Virus record (IMG/VR): IMGVR_UViG_2786546795_000004
Strand: one strand, 5' to 3'
Origin: an uncultured virus (IMG/VR IMGVR_UViG_2786546795_000004)
Lineage: Duplodnaviria; Heunggongvirae; Uroviricota; Caudoviricetes
Length of the DNA stretch: 64,000 bases
The position numbers and the translations under genes are program-made. The notes under the pieces are model-generated. The model made no database searches. It was given only the letters and a program-made list of their open reading frames with translations, and was not told where the DNA came from. Position 1 is the first letter of the stretch. Each line of letters begins with the position of its first letter. This document shows, piece after piece, positions 48,230-60,100 of this stretch.

Positions 48230-49243
48230 ATGTCTCTTTTATTCCCACGCGAGATAGGTCTTCGACGCACTCTCTGCGAAAACCGAGATGAGTTCGATAA
48301 CTATATCCTAAAAGTAAATGGTAAGGCATCCTGTTATACTTCTCTTTATTCCTTTGAAAGAAGGGATGAGATACGAACATGGAAAATGGATATTGAATCT
48401 GTTGTTATGGATAGGGCATGGTGGGATTTCGATATGATAGAGGGCGGAACTCTTGAAGATGTTAAGAAAGATGTTATCGAACTACTAAACAGAATAAATA
48501 TATATGACCGCGTGGCTCTTGGGCGAGAAATAAGAATAGTCTTTACAGGTAGGGGATTTCATGTTCACCAATTCTTCGATACTCCTGTGAAGGGAACGGC
48601 CATCGCAAGACACATAGACCGTTACCAGCGCCTACAGGCGAGGGGGCTAAAGACACTTGATGGTGTGGGCTTTCCCCAAAAACTCACACGCATTCCCGAT
48701 ACTTACAATCCAAAGAGGGGTAAGTGGGCTGTGAATATAGACCCAATGAGTTTTTATCTTAATCCTAATTATGAGATACCCGCACAACCATTACAGGAAC
48801 TCAAGATTTACGACCCATATACGGGTCATAATGTTATTGACGGCTTCAACATACGAGCATGGATAGCAAATAACCCTGTGCAAGAAACCGCAAGTGTGGG
48901 TGAGTTCAATGGTGAGATAGGCTCTGCTGGGCAGATACCTATTCCTCCTTGCTTAGAGAAGGCAATACACCAAGATAACCCCAAGCACGATGTTAGGATA
49001 GCCTTAACTTTACATCTAGCGGATAATTTGCGTTGGTTTGCTCACCCTTCCACACTAACACCCGAACAGAGGCAGCAATCTATAGATACCATAGTAGCGT
49101 TTATGTCTAACTTAGGTTGGAGGGACTACAACGAACACACAACCCGTTTCCATGTTGAAAGCATCATAGACTATGAACACACGCCTACTAAGTGTGTAGT
49201 AGATGCAGGTCCATGTTGGGCACACGATGGAGTAAAGAGGTAA
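48230..49243 (+). CDS. priS: Archaeo-eukaryotic primase, catalytic domain fused to a PriL-CTD-like domain
   Basis: WDFD, FTGRGFH, D.....LTRIPDT.N (AEP motifs I-III); C-terminal IPPCL...H..R..L...DY...T. Start ATG 48230. Confidence 0.85.
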   Translation: MSLLFPREIGLRRTLCENRDEFDNYILKVNGKASCYTSLYSFERRDEIRTWKMDIESVVMDRAWWDFDMIEGGTLEDVKKDVIELLNRINIYDRVALGREIRIVFTGRGFHVHQFFDTPVKGTAIARHIDRYQRLQARGLKTLDGVGFPQKLTRIPDTYNPKRGKWAVNIDPMSFYLNPNYEIPAQPLQELKIYDPYTGHNVIDGFNIRAWIANNPVQETASVGEFNGEIGSAGQIPIPPCLEKAIHQDNPKHDVRIALTLHLADNLRWFAHPSTLTPEQRQQSIDTIVAFMSNLGWRDYNEHTTRFHVESIIDYEHTPTKCVVDAGPCWAHDGVKR

Positions 49244-49248
49244 TAATT

Positions 49249-49413
49249 ATGATGCTAAAAGAAGAACAAATCAAAGAAATGCAAGAACATGGTAAGTGCG
49301 TAACTTGTAAAGGTGAGTGGTCACTTTCTACAAAGATAGAAAAATACTGCGAGTCTTGTAAGACGCATATAATTTTCATCGAAGATGAGGTTTACTACGA
49401 CAGGGGCTGGTAA
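49249..49413 (+). CDS. Zn-finger microprotein
   Basis: CVTC...CESC; GAGGT SD. Confidence 0.65.
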   Translation: MMLKEEQIKEMQEHGKCVTCKGEWSLSTKIEKYCESCKTHIIFIEDEVYYDRGW

Positions 49414-49543
49414 GATACAAAAACAAATCTGCCCTATGTGTAGAAGCGACAGGGGCTTCATGGAACTACATGGTTCTATGGTTTGTCTTAACTGTAAAAA
49501 TAAAATAGCGAGTTGCTGCGGTGACGAGGGCTGTTTCTTCTAA
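49385..49543 (+). CDS. Cys-rich microprotein (up to 52 aa)
   Basis: CPMC...VCLNC....SCCG...C; start uncertain. Confidence 0.6.
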   Translation: MRFTTTGAGKIQKQICPMCRSDRGFMELHGSMVCLNCKNKIASCCGDEGCFF

Positions 49544-49576
49544 CTCTTTATCAACCCTTCGTGCTATCATTAGGTC

Positions 49577-50272
49577 ATGCTCTTAGTAGATGACCGCGAA
49601 AACCCTAAAGTAGTTAATAAGTTGTTAATGAGAATGGGTAGTGATAAGGTAAATGTATGTCGGATGAAATCATCCGACTATACTATGGGTGAGTGGGGTA
49701 TAGAGGCCAAAGAGATAAACGACCTATACAGGTCTATCATGGGCTTCGGACGCACACGCACTATTGTAGACCAACTAAGAGACTTACAGGACTCTTGTGA
49801 GCATCCATTCTTAGTTGTGTACGGTACTCAACTAAAACCGTATGTTCATAATGGTAGACCAAGCGCTAGGTCGTTAGCCGTAGAGATGGCGAGAATGAAA
49901 AAGGTAATACAACAATTCAAAGCCACATTCTATCAAAGATTCCCTAAAATTAAATATATGGAAGTTACTACTATGGATGAGTTCGTAGAATGGCTTGTTG
50001 TGAATCATACACAGCAGGGGCTGGCTCTACATCGCCTCGCTACGGAGGAGAAAAATGCCGTAAAAAAATCTAAGTTAGATTCACGAATCCAAATCCTTTC
50101 TTCCATAGAAGGAATAACTACAACACAAGCCGAAGATTTATTAAACGAGTTTGAAAGCATACCAAACATTCTTAGGAAGGGAACTACACAGAAATCTCTT
50201 ATGCAGGTTAGTGGTATCACTAGACGAAAGGCGCGAGCAATTCTTGCTCTTAGAGAAGATTACGAGTTGTAA
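49577..50272 (+). CDS. ERCC4/XPF (Hef-like) structure-specific nuclease
   Basis: VDDRE, SDY, IEAK...DL..SI, Q...L, and a C-terminal tandem HhH (SIEGI...VSGI). Confidence 0.88.
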   Translation: MLLVDDRENPKVVNKLLMRMGSDKVNVCRMKSSDYTMGEWGIEAKEINDLYRSIMGFGRTRTIVDQLRDLQDSCEHPFLVVYGTQLKPYVHNGRPSARSLAVEMARMKKVIQQFKATFYQRFPKIKYMEVTTMDEFVEWLVVNHTQQGLALHRLATEEKNAVKKSKLDSRIQILSSIEGITTTQAEDLLNEFESIPNILRKGTTQKSLMQVSGITRRKARAILALREDYEL

Positions 50273-53200
50273 GAAAACTTGTTAGACGACGAAGATGTGT
50301 GGGCTGACGCTCTCCTCATCTTTACATCAAGGTTATGTAGTGTAATGCTTGTTGTGTTTGCATCATCATCACCAATTCCGGGTTTTCTTGTTACGGTAAC
50401 TTTAATTTTCCTGCCCGATTTTCTTAATCCTTTAATTGCTTTGTTGGATAAAAGATTAATTATCTGATTTCGTATTCCGCTTTTTATTTTAACAGTATTT
50501 GTAACTGTTTCGCCAGTTTCTTCTACTACAACTGTAACATATAAAACTGCATCGGTATAGTTCGCTACTTTAGGACTATGCGTTACATATGCTTGTATGG
50601 TCATTCTATTATTTAGTATATCTTGAGGGACAACAAAGGATGTTTCTATACTAACCTCTTGGGAAGCAGCAGATGCTTCGCCCCCCATCAATGCTTTACC
50701 ACCAAATACATAACCGTCTGCGGTTACTGACGCGGTTCCGCTTACGGCTCGTATGTCTATATCCATACCTTCTAAACTCCTCATAGTAGATGGTGTAGAG
50801 GTAATCTTATTCTGACCTAAAACAGAGAAACGTGAATCACCCGAAAGATTATCGTTTGGTAGATTCATTCTACTGCTACTAAGTGGAGTTCTTGATGTTT
50901 TAGAGGCGGAATAGGACTGTCCTGTCGAGTCCTTTGTTCCTCCTTCGGGCTTCTGCTCACTTGGGTCTGTAACAGCGTCATCTGTGTTAGGAGGTGGCGT
51001 TATGTTGTTGTCGCCATCTTCATACCCGCTATCGCTTCCACCACCGCCAATAGGGGAACCTCTCTGTCGTTGCCCACTACCTTTAGGGAAAAGATACCCT
51101 ATCAAGCCCGCTGCCGCAATAGACTCATCTCTTTCTAAGGTAAGACTAACTTCTTCTGTTTTACCAGCAGCAACCTTCCATAAAACGTCCTGTATTACCA
51201 TAGACTCCGAACTTAGTTGTAGACCAGCATCTGTTACGCTTGCATATGTTGCTGGTACATAAGATAAATCACGACAGATATGAATGCGTGGTGCATACCA
51301 AAGAACTCTCCCATTACGGAAGCCTCCACCCATCTCAGTATAGACCCTCTTACCCAATGGGAAGATAGTATCTGTGTTAGTCCCTACTTGCGCTAAAATG
51401 TTTGCGTTTGTTGGGTCGCCACACCTGTGTCTTAGAAGGGCACGGCAGTATTCTGCGTTAAAGGAAAAAACTATTTTAGCGTTTGCTACTGCGCCATAAT
51501 TTGATGGGAATGCTATTTCGTAATACCCACTATGTTTTACATCTTTTGTAACAATACTACCACTAATAGTTTCACTTCTTGCCTTACCACTAAAAGAATA
51601 ATCAGCGACAGAAATTGTAAACTCTGCGTTGTCTATATCTGTTCCGCTTTGCCCACTCTTTAAGTCTACCCATATTCTCATAGGCTGGCTGGTAGCATCG
51701 CTAACAACAGGGGTCTTATTTGGTATGTGAACTATCTGAACTGCCTTAGAAATAGAGTTACTTCCATACCAATAGTAGTTATGTGCCCACTCCACATCTC
51801 CTGCTGCGTTAGTGTTCCTAGAAGAACCGTATCTGTCTTGTAGAGGGTCTGTATCTATATTCATATTACCGTCAAGAGCATTTACCATGCCCGGAAATAA
51901 AACGCCCCCTGTGCCTAAAAGAGTCCAGTTGCATACATTAGCGACTGTATCGTTAGTTCCCCACAAAGCAATATATGGGTCAGCGATATATCCGTAACGC
52001 CCACTCTCTATCATTTTGTATTCTACATCTGATTCAAGTATAGGAGTAACGGATAAACTAAGCGGTGAGTTTTGTCGCTGATTGTATTCCTGTTTTGCTA
52101 CAAGCAAGGCTTCTTCGCTTGATGTTATGGCATTGTGTGTTAGTATATTCCAACGTGTAGAATCGTCTAAATTAACAGAAGGCCAATCAACAAAGGAATT
52201 ACCGTTATTGTAATACACACGAACATTTGTTATCTGACCAGTTAAATCAGAAATCATTTGGCTTACTCTAATGTTGTCTCTGTTTAACACTAATCCGGAA
52301 TTAAACTTGGGTCTAAACTCAAACCTGTTATCCCTACCTATGAGATAAGAAAAGGATGTAAAGAGTCCGTTAGTAGAACCATGCCCTGCTAATTCTTGTA
52401 GTTTTGCTATAGCGCTTCCTAAAGTAACTCCTCTAATATCAAGAACCGAACCGAATGAGTCATTACTCGTAGTGTCGTTATAGGTAGTCATCATATTTGT
52501 AATAGGAACATTGTTTATATCAAAGATAGAATTAACTCTTGCTGACGGCAACCAAGAGTCCATGATTGCCGCATTCCAAATCATACGAATCTTATCACTT
52601 TCAGAGAATGTTCCGCCGTTTTTACTTTTGTAAAACCCATCCATGTGCATCATTAATCTTAGCATAAAATTAGAGTAAACAGTAGAATGAACTTCGTATG
52701 CTATTGGTGTGTCTTCGTCTCCCGGCGTAGTTCCAAGATTAAAGGAAACGCCTAAATCAGCCCACTCAATAGATTCTGCTTCGTATAATTCGTATATCAT
52801 AGTTTCGGTATTTTCGGGGTCCGCCGATATTGAGTCTTCTATAGAACTTGCATCTATCACATATATTGAGCCTAACTGAACTGGTATTTTGTAGGTATCA
52901 GTAGTAGCCCAATTACCATCGCTTACAACTGTTAACTCTGTTTCTGATAAAACCCTTACGATATTATGATAGGTTATAGTTCCTCCACTATTAGTTCTTT
53001 CTATAATCATACCTCCTGTTACGCCGTTAGTATCGTGGGTATTGTTTAAGCATTGAATCGTCACAACTGTTTCTCCGGTTGCGGAATCTGCACCCTCTGC
53101 GGAAACAGCATCTATAGTAGCATCCGAAGAACCAGCGCTAACTTCCTCAGTCTCAACTTTTCCTTCCCACTTAAAATATGCTAAATCATTTCCTCCTTCA

Positions 53201-56200
53201 TTTCTGTTTTGTGAATAAACTGTTATGAGTTTACCAACACCGCTTGTATCGAATATAGAAGCATCGTGAACAGGCAAACCTTTGTAACCATCTATAAACC
53301 CAAGAGAAGCAACAGTAACATCGGAAATTAAGAAGTTTTGATTCTCATGTTGTCTTGCTACTGTTCCGGTATTTTGATAAGAAGCAATAGCCTCAGTCCA
53401 ATAGTTATCAATAAGGGTTGGGTGTCCCGACCTTTCTTCGACTATGTAGTCTGTTAAGTCTGTTCGACCACCAGCAAATTGCCCAGTTTTTCCTCCATTT
53501 ATGTGAGTATTAAGATTGAAGAATCTTGCCGCGTCTATTACTAAGAAAGAACCTGCTTTATCTTCCCAATCTTGATAATGTGAAAAGTTATCTTCGCTAC
53601 CAGTAACGGGATATGCTCTTGCTGTGTTAGCAAGGTTTTGTGTAGCACTAGCAAATGTAGTTGATGTGGTTATAGCGGTGCTTGTTTTGCTACTAATAGT
53701 ATGCAGTCCATCGTGTGACGCAGTTCCTGTGAGATATACATAGTCACCGTAATTAAGACCGCTTGTTGTATCTGAGCCACTTAATGTTACCCTCAAACTA
53801 CCGCTGTTTGAATCTAGTGTTATAGCAGATGTAGTGGGTTTAGTGTAATCAACTGGTTTTGAAAACGCACCACCAGTAAAGGGGTCAGAAGTAGAATCAA
53901 CATTCCACACATCTAGGTCTTCTCCAACATTAAGATTACCGAACTTATCTATGTTACCATTTTCATCTACTTGGTCTGTGAAGTAAAGGTCAAAATTATA
54001 GTTATCATTTAATGGATATTGTAAACCGAAATCCACCTTTCTCTCAGACCCGTCTGCATTTGCGTCACCACTATTTCTCATATCAGACCAAAGTAACCAC
54101 AAGTGTTTGTAATCATCTTCAAAGTCTTCAAACTTAAGAAACACGCGCCTATCTATCCCACCCTCAGAATACCGGCTGGATGCGTTTATAGCATAGGTTC
54201 CATTGATATGTCTTACACCCACTAAATACCACTTTCCACCTACAGTAACTTTACCCTCATAAATGAACTTCTCTTTGAATGTTGATGCTCTTTTGTATAG
54301 CATAGATGAATCCTGCGTTACCCATATTTCAGCAACGCCAGCATTAGGTGCTACATCAAAGGCGCTTTCTTCAACCTCAAGTATTGTGGTAGTAGGTGAA
54401 AGAGTTTGGCTCGCCATCACCCTACAATGTCTGCTGGGTGAACTTGTACCAGTTCCCGATAATGCGCCTGTTTGACCGTAAGGTGGCGGTTCATCTTTAG
54501 GGTCTTTATTTATCTTCCCAAAATGATATCTAAACCATAAAGAGAGAGGAAGGTCCCTCATCCATTGTGCGTGTATTGCTCTGTTTTTAATGTTAGTTAA
54601 ATTAGCATCCATAACATTACTCACTATACCTGTATCTTTAGACCATGAAAACCTATTTGTGCTTGATAAAAGCGTGTCCGAATCAGCATCAGAGTTGGCT
54701 GCATATACTCCATGACTTTCAGACCCGGAATAATCTGTTAGTGTTCTAACTACCCATAAATAACTAACTGTTGAATTAAGAGTAGATTCACCATAGGTCC
54801 CACCAAAGTAATTTCTTATTTTCTTAATGTATACTACTCTGTGTTTTTGATTATAACTTGATGTTAGATTTACGCTATTAGCATCATTTCTTCTATTGAT
54901 ATAGAATGTGTCTCCGCTTTTTAATGACGGGTCAGCATCGAAATAAACATATAATTTGTGTAGATATTGAGTACCCCAATCATCAGTTGAGGGGTGGTCG
55001 TCATTCCAAGTTACCCAGTCTCTATGTCTCTGCCCAGCCGCCGTAGTATTGTAATAATCAATTCTTTCTGATTCTCTTAGAATAGGATATTTACCCATAT
55101 AGACAATCTTAGATGCTTCGGGACTGTATGCTAGGGTCCCAGCAGAAAACTCAATATCAGCACCACTTACAGCACTCGGTGTTTTACTTGAGGCTGTGTG
55201 ATTTGAACTTACTATGTTAACTCCACCGGAAGGTGAAGATGTAGTGATAGTATGTGATGAGTCTTTCATTATCATAATAGTTTCTGTTGAACTAGCCTTT
55301 TGAACGAAGCCGTCTATAGGATAGCCTTCATAACTGTCTTCTGTGTTATTGGGGCCATACACATCTTCGTTGTTATACATTTGGATAGGGTGTCCCGACC
55401 CTAATTGTGTTCTTTGGTTTGATGTTTCCTCGTATGAACTATCAGAATCAAACCCGATGTTACCGTCAAGAAGTGTTAGTTTATCTGCCCCAAGATACAT
55501 AGCATTACGGAAACCCTGTGCATCATACGACCAATAATTTGTAGAGGACTCAGAAGTATTTTCCCCGTTTTGTCCTATATCCCATAGGGGCATTTGTCTA
55601 TCAAGATAGCCCATAGAATCATACGCCGAGAATCTTAATTGTCTTGACCTTTCTTTTTCTGAGATATTAAATAAAGATATCTCACCTCTCCATACGGGCC
55701 TGTCTATTCTCTTAGTAGTATCTGCGAATATCAACAAGTTCCAGTCAAGAGGCGCAGTAGCAATAAAAAGGTTTCTCAAATTAAGAATATAATCTGTAGA
55801 TGCTGCACCACGCGCACTACCAGTTAGTTTTGGGTCGTCTGCTACAGTAACATCACAAGAAGATATACCGTTATTAGTTTGTTTTACATTCATATTAATT
55901 ATCTGAACTTCATCAGCAGTATTAAATCTGTTCAAATCATCAGTAAGGTATCTTACAACACCTACGCGGTCAAGCATTAAATATGAAATAAATCCTACAG
56001 TACCGCTACTTCCTTCGTTGGTAACAGTAAGTTGATAACCATAAAGGTTTGCGGCGGTTGTAGCAGAACCGCCCGACATAGTTTGGTTGGTAGCATGAGA
56101 TGTTCCATTCACCCATACATCGAATTGGTTGTTAGTATAGTCAAACACAAAATCAACATCAAGCCAAGCATCGTCTATCGCAACCTGTGGTGTGTTATAA

Positions 56201-57168
56201 CTACCACCACCTAAGTATGCTTGTGTGTCGTAACTTATTGCATTAAGGTCAAGGGTATAATCTATTGCTGGTGTACCAGTATATCCGGTATCGTTAAGAA
56301 GGCCCGCTTGAGTATTAGCAAAACCAATTTCAAACTTAATACCAACATCAGCCCAAGCGCCTGTTGTTATACCACTCTGTAGGGCTACTCTTGCAGTAAA
56401 AACATCACCATCTAGTCTTGTGTTTAGTGCGCCATCATAAATTATACTTGGGGTCGTAGCCGAGTTTGTGTCTGCCTTCCTTGATGCCTGTATGCAAAGA
56501 AAGGGTTGTTTTGAAGGTGAATGTATCTCTTGATTTATATTTGATGGAGTAGTAGTCGTATGGTCTTGTTGAAGAACCTCACCCATCCAAACACCAGTAA
56601 GATGCGCTCGTTGCACGAAATCCCCAGTTGTTGAATGTAGGCCAGCGTTATCAGCGTTATAGTTAGTATTATCGTAATCTTTCATATCGCTATGACCAAA
56701 GGTAGCATCGTTATCTCCAACAGGAACTATATAGGAAGCGTTACTATTGTGTCCGTTAATAAATCTCTGATAAAATGCACTACCATAATTTGAATCATTG
56801 TCGAACTTGTAGCGATTGGCTACATGACCATCGGGATATTGTAGTTGTGCCCTACCTTCCCATTCATCGCGTGATAAGCGCGTGTTATCAAAGGTAAGCC
56901 ACTCAAATATACCGTTGTTTTGTAAATACTGATTAGCGCTTGTAGTTATTTTCTTTGCTGAATCTAATGTTCTTTCTTCAACGGAAAATCTAAAGCGTGG
57001 ATTAATAAATGCTTCACCGTTCATCGGATTACCAAAATGGCTTTTAATTGCAGAATAGGATGTGTCTGTCGGTCTGTTTTCGTCGTCGGGTATGGCTCTC
57101 GCCCCGTTGAAGTCATCGTAGTAGCCAGCAAGCCACACTTGATATTTCTTTTCTACGGTTCTTACCAT
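50260..57168 (-). CDS. Very large tail (hub/baseplate/receptor-binding) protein
   Basis: 2302 aa, beta-rich, directly after the tape measure gene; LamG-like segment (W..V..VFD......DVWVNG) and PVWRG.I tail-hub-like motif. Confidence 0.7.
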   Translation of the reverse strand: MVRTVEKKYQVWLAGYYDDFNGARAIPDDENRPTDTSYSAIKSHFGNPMNGEAFINPRFRFSVEERTLDSAKKITTSANQYLQNNGIFEWLTFDNTRLSRDEWEGRAQLQYPDGHVANRYKFDNDSNYGSAFYQRFINGHNSNASYIVPVGDNDATFGHSDMKDYDNTNYNADNAGLHSTTGDFVQRAHLTGVWMGEVLQQDHTTTTPSNINQEIHSPSKQPFLCIQASRKADTNSATTPSIIYDGALNTRLDGDVFTARVALQSGITTGAWADVGIKFEIGFANTQAGLLNDTGYTGTPAIDYTLDLNAISYDTQAYLGGGSYNTPQVAIDDAWLDVDFVFDYTNNQFDVWVNGTSHATNQTMSGGSATTAANLYGYQLTVTNEGSSGTVGFISYLMLDRVGVVRYLTDDLNRFNTADEVQIINMNVKQTNNGISSCDVTVADDPKLTGSARGAASTDYILNLRNLFIATAPLDWNLLIFADTTKRIDRPVWRGEISLFNISEKERSRQLRFSAYDSMGYLDRQMPLWDIGQNGENTSESSTNYWSYDAQGFRNAMYLGADKLTLLDGNIGFDSDSSYEETSNQRTQLGSGHPIQMYNNEDVYGPNNTEDSYEGYPIDGFVQKASSTETIMIMKDSSHTITTSSPSGGVNIVSSNHTASSKTPSAVSGADIEFSAGTLAYSPEASKIVYMGKYPILRESERIDYYNTTAAGQRHRDWVTWNDDHPSTDDWGTQYLHKLYVYFDADPSLKSGDTFYINRRNDANSVNLTSSYNQKHRVVYIKKIRNYFGGTYGESTLNSTVSYLWVVRTLTDYSGSESHGVYAANSDADSDTLLSSTNRFSWSKDTGIVSNVMDANLTNIKNRAIHAQWMRDLPLSLWFRYHFGKINKDPKDEPPPYGQTGALSGTGTSSPSRHCRVMASQTLSPTTTILEVEESAFDVAPNAGVAEIWVTQDSSMLYKRASTFKEKFIYEGKVTVGGKWYLVGVRHINGTYAINASSRYSEGGIDRRVFLKFEDFEDDYKHLWLLWSDMRNSGDANADGSERKVDFGLQYPLNDNYNFDLYFTDQVDENGNIDKFGNLNVGEDLDVWNVDSTSDPFTGGAFSKPVDYTKPTTSAITLDSNSGSLRVTLSGSDTTSGLNYGDYVYLTGTASHDGLHTISSKTSTAITTSTTFASATQNLANTARAYPVTGSEDNFSHYQDWEDKAGSFLVIDAARFFNLNTHINGGKTGQFAGGRTDLTDYIVEERSGHPTLIDNYWTEAIASYQNTGTVARQHENQNFLISDVTVASLGFIDGYKGLPVHDASIFDTSGVGKLITVYSQNRNEGGNDLAYFKWEGKVETEEVSAGSSDATIDAVSAEGADSATGETVVTIQCLNNTHDTNGVTGGMIIERTNSGGTITYHNIVRVLSETELTVVSDGNWATTDTYKIPVQLGSIYVIDASSIEDSISADPENTETMIYELYEAESIEWADLGVSFNLGTTPGDEDTPIAYEVHSTVYSNFMLRLMMHMDGFYKSKNGGTFSESDKIRMIWNAAIMDSWLPSARVNSIFDINNVPITNMMTTYNDTTSNDSFGSVLDIRGVTLGSAIAKLQELAGHGSTNGLFTSFSYLIGRDNRFEFRPKFNSGLVLNRDNIRVSQMISDLTGQITNVRVYYNNGNSFVDWPSVNLDDSTRWNILTHNAITSSEEALLVAKQEYNQRQNSPLSLSVTPILESDVEYKMIESGRYGYIADPYIALWGTNDTVANVCNWTLLGTGGVLFPGMVNALDGNMNIDTDPLQDRYGSSRNTNAAGDVEWAHNYYWYGSNSISKAVQIVHIPNKTPVVSDATSQPMRIWVDLKSGQSGTDIDNAEFTISVADYSFSGKARSETISGSIVTKDVKHSGYYEIAFPSNYGAVANAKIVFSFNAEYCRALLRHRCGDPTNANILAQVGTNTDTIFPLGKRVYTEMGGGFRNGRVLWYAPRIHICRDLSYVPATYASVTDAGLQLSSESMVIQDVLWKVAAGKTEEVSLTLERDESIAAAGLIGYLFPKGSGQRQRGSPIGGGGSDSGYEDGDNNITPPPNTDDAVTDPSEQKPEGGTKDSTGQSYSASKTSRTPLSSSRMNLPNDNLSGDSRFSVLGQNKITSTPSTMRSLEGMDIDIRAVSGTASVTADGYVFGGKALMGGEASAASQEVSIETSFVVPQDILNNRMTIQAYVTHSPKVANYTDAVLYVTVVVEETGETVTNTVKIKSGIRNQIINLLSNKAIKGLRKSGRKIKVTVTRKPGIGDDDANTTSITLHNLDVKMRRASAHTSSSSNKFSYNS

Positions 57169-57172
57169 TCAC

Positions 57173-60100
57173 TCACCTTGTCGCGGTGTTGAGAGTATAC
57201 CCTCTCATATTCCCTCTACTCTCTATCTCCTCTATAATTTGGTCTGCTACTTCGGGCACAGTTAATCCATTGAAATTGTTGTGCATAATTACCTCAGTAG
57301 AAGTAATAAGTGTTTCAACTCCTTGTTGGTGAACTTGTCTTACCAAGTCGCCCGAAAGCCTATCGGCAGAAAAACCAAAGAACATTTCTTCTCTTGCATT
57401 GTTAAAGTTATGTATTCCATCTGTTACTGTAGTTAATGCGCCTACCATACCGTCGGCATCTTCTTTGCCGAAGTCATTAAATGTATCAACATATTCTTGA
57501 ACTACATTTGTTAAGTCTTCATAACTCTCAATACTTCTAGTAGACATAAACTCATGCAAATCAACAAAGTCAACAGCAAAATCTTCTACTATTTTTTCTG
57601 CTTCTTCTCTTTCTGAAAGTATGCCTCCTGTAAAAAAGTCTTTGATAAAGGTAGAATATCCGGGGATTTTTAATCCTAGAGGTTCCCAGTAATGCCCGCC
57701 CATCGCATCATCAAGGCCCGCCATTAACCTTGCGATGGGGTTATCTCCTTCTCCTGCTTCTAATCTGTCTAATTCTTTTTGGGCCTTTATGTAGTCGTTA
57801 ACTGCGCCCTCTGCGTTTTGAAACTCCATAGTTTCAAGTTGTCGAGCAAGCAAAACTTCTTCAATAGCAGCATTTTCAGCCCTCTTTGCGTTAACTATTC
57901 TAATGCTTGCGGAATCAGTAGCGTCAGCCATACTATTTATCATGTTAACATTTTCATCAAATGCAGCAGTTAGAGCAGTTGTTTCTTGAGTCATATATTC
58001 CATAACTAAAGCCGTATCTGCTATTTGTCCTCCCATGTTATCCATAGAAGTCGTATCGGCTGTCCCAAACAAACCTAGTTTATCAAGGACTGCTTCTATA
58101 GCATACACCGCAGCGATTAAAAGCGCAAACTTCGCAATTGTAGCGGTCATACTTTTGTTCATCATAAGCATAGAAGTCTTCGCTTTTAAAGCAGCGAAAG
58201 CCTGTGTGTGTAAGGCTTTTGTGCTTTGAACTGTTGACCATGTATGGGCGTTAGTTGTTGCAGTTGCAGCCGCTTCTGATGCTGCTTTTGCTATCATAGC
58301 CTTCATGCTTAGGTAGGCTTGTCCCATTTGTATAGCCATAGCAGTAGTAGTAAGAATCATACCTATTCGCATTTCTCTTTCTTCTTCTGCAAACATCATA
58401 AATCCTGTGCCTAAAGCACCCAATCCCATAGAATACTTAATAGCAGTCATACTCCCTTTCAAATGTGCGCCTTCTAATAAATTAGCAGACACAGCCGCAC
58501 TTCTTGTAGCAGTACCGTTATCTACTAACTCGATAGTATTTTGTTCTAATGCTACTGTGTTTTCTGCTAATGCGGCCCTAGACTCCTTTAAGTGACGATT
58601 GTATTGACCGCGAGAAGCAGCGCTATTTTTAGTGCTGATGCTTTCCGCTTCCTGCCTTACTATATTTGCCTGTATTTGCTGCCTTTCTAGCATTAGCGCT
58701 TGGGTTTTTTCATTTATAGCCATAACCTCTGTATCAGTTAGTAGTATTGCTTCCTTTTTAACATGAGTTCCGGCTATTTCTTCGCCTCTTAAGGCGCGGT
58801 AGACAAGATTTTGTGTTTGTAAAGCAATAGAAAGAGTCCTAATAGAAATTATTGCTTGTGTAGTAGGACCAACAAAATTAGACATAAGCCTACTCATCAT
58901 TACTATTCCCGAAGCAATCTTACCAAGTCTACCTTCTAAAACACTTGCTAGTGTTTGGTTGAATAGGGCTTGCTGTTCAATAACAGCAGTCATAGCAGGT
59001 AGTAAAGCATTACCAACTGCACCACTATAATTTTTAAGTGATGCTTCCGCTCGTTCATAAGCAAACACTTCTGAGTCAAGCCTACGCTCTAACTCCTGCC
59101 TTGCTGGGAATTGTGCTAACAGGGCCTCTAACTCAAGTTCTCTTACCCTGTCTACATTTTCAAGCAATTTAATAAGGCGAGTGTAATGTCTGTTACCGGC
59201 TACATTTTGCGCCAGTTGCATTTTCTGTTCGCCGTTAAGTGTATTATAGTGTTCTGCTAACTCTTGTAGAATACGACTAAATGGCCTCATATCTCCGTTG
59301 GTATCGGTAACAGCAATACCAAGATTTTCGATAGTTGTTCTTGCGCCATTTGTATCTGCACCAAGCCTAGCATATATCATACGCAAGGCACGACCACCCT
59401 TACCTTGTTCCTCACCAGCCTCAATTAGTGTAGCCGACATAGCGGCCATAGCACCAATACTTTCATTGGTTAAGTGGGCCTGTGATGCAAACTGATTCAT
59501 AACGAAAGTTATTTGCGACATAGTAGCCGCCGACCTGTTCTCAACTGTGTTTAGTTGGTCGAGAACTCGTATAGTATCTCGCTTAATCACATTAGATTTT
59601 TCTTGTGCCGTCATACCCTCCTCTATGTTCTTAGTCATAAACTTGGTCTGTTGGTTTAAGTTAATTAGTCGCTGCATAGCAGCCTCTGTTCCCATACCGC
59701 TTATCGCACCAAACATCATACCCATTTCGGTTCCGGCTGCTGTGCTGCCTTGACCACCCAAAACACCGCTAAGTTGCGCCATACGCGCACCAGCCTCAAA
59801 GGCCTCATCGGCAGCAAAACCAAATGATAAACCTATTTTTTGGATTTCATTTTCTAATGCTTTTGCCTCATCTATATTGTCTACGAACTTTTCAAACTCA
59901 ACTCTTGCATTTTCAATCTCAACCGCAATAGGTAAAACCTCATCTACGAAATCAAACATCTGTGCTATTTCTGCACCGGCTTCTTGTATACCCATTAGGG
60001 AATCTAAGTAAAGAGATTCAAGAACTGTGGCCGTAGCCCCAGCGTCCTTAAGCATTTTAGTTGCTTGGAATGTTCCCACAACATCGAAGAAGACTCTTGA

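Noticed and set aside
50260..57168. Diversity-generating retroelement acting on tail genes
   Set aside because: No reverse transcriptase and no template/variable repeat pair seen in the window.
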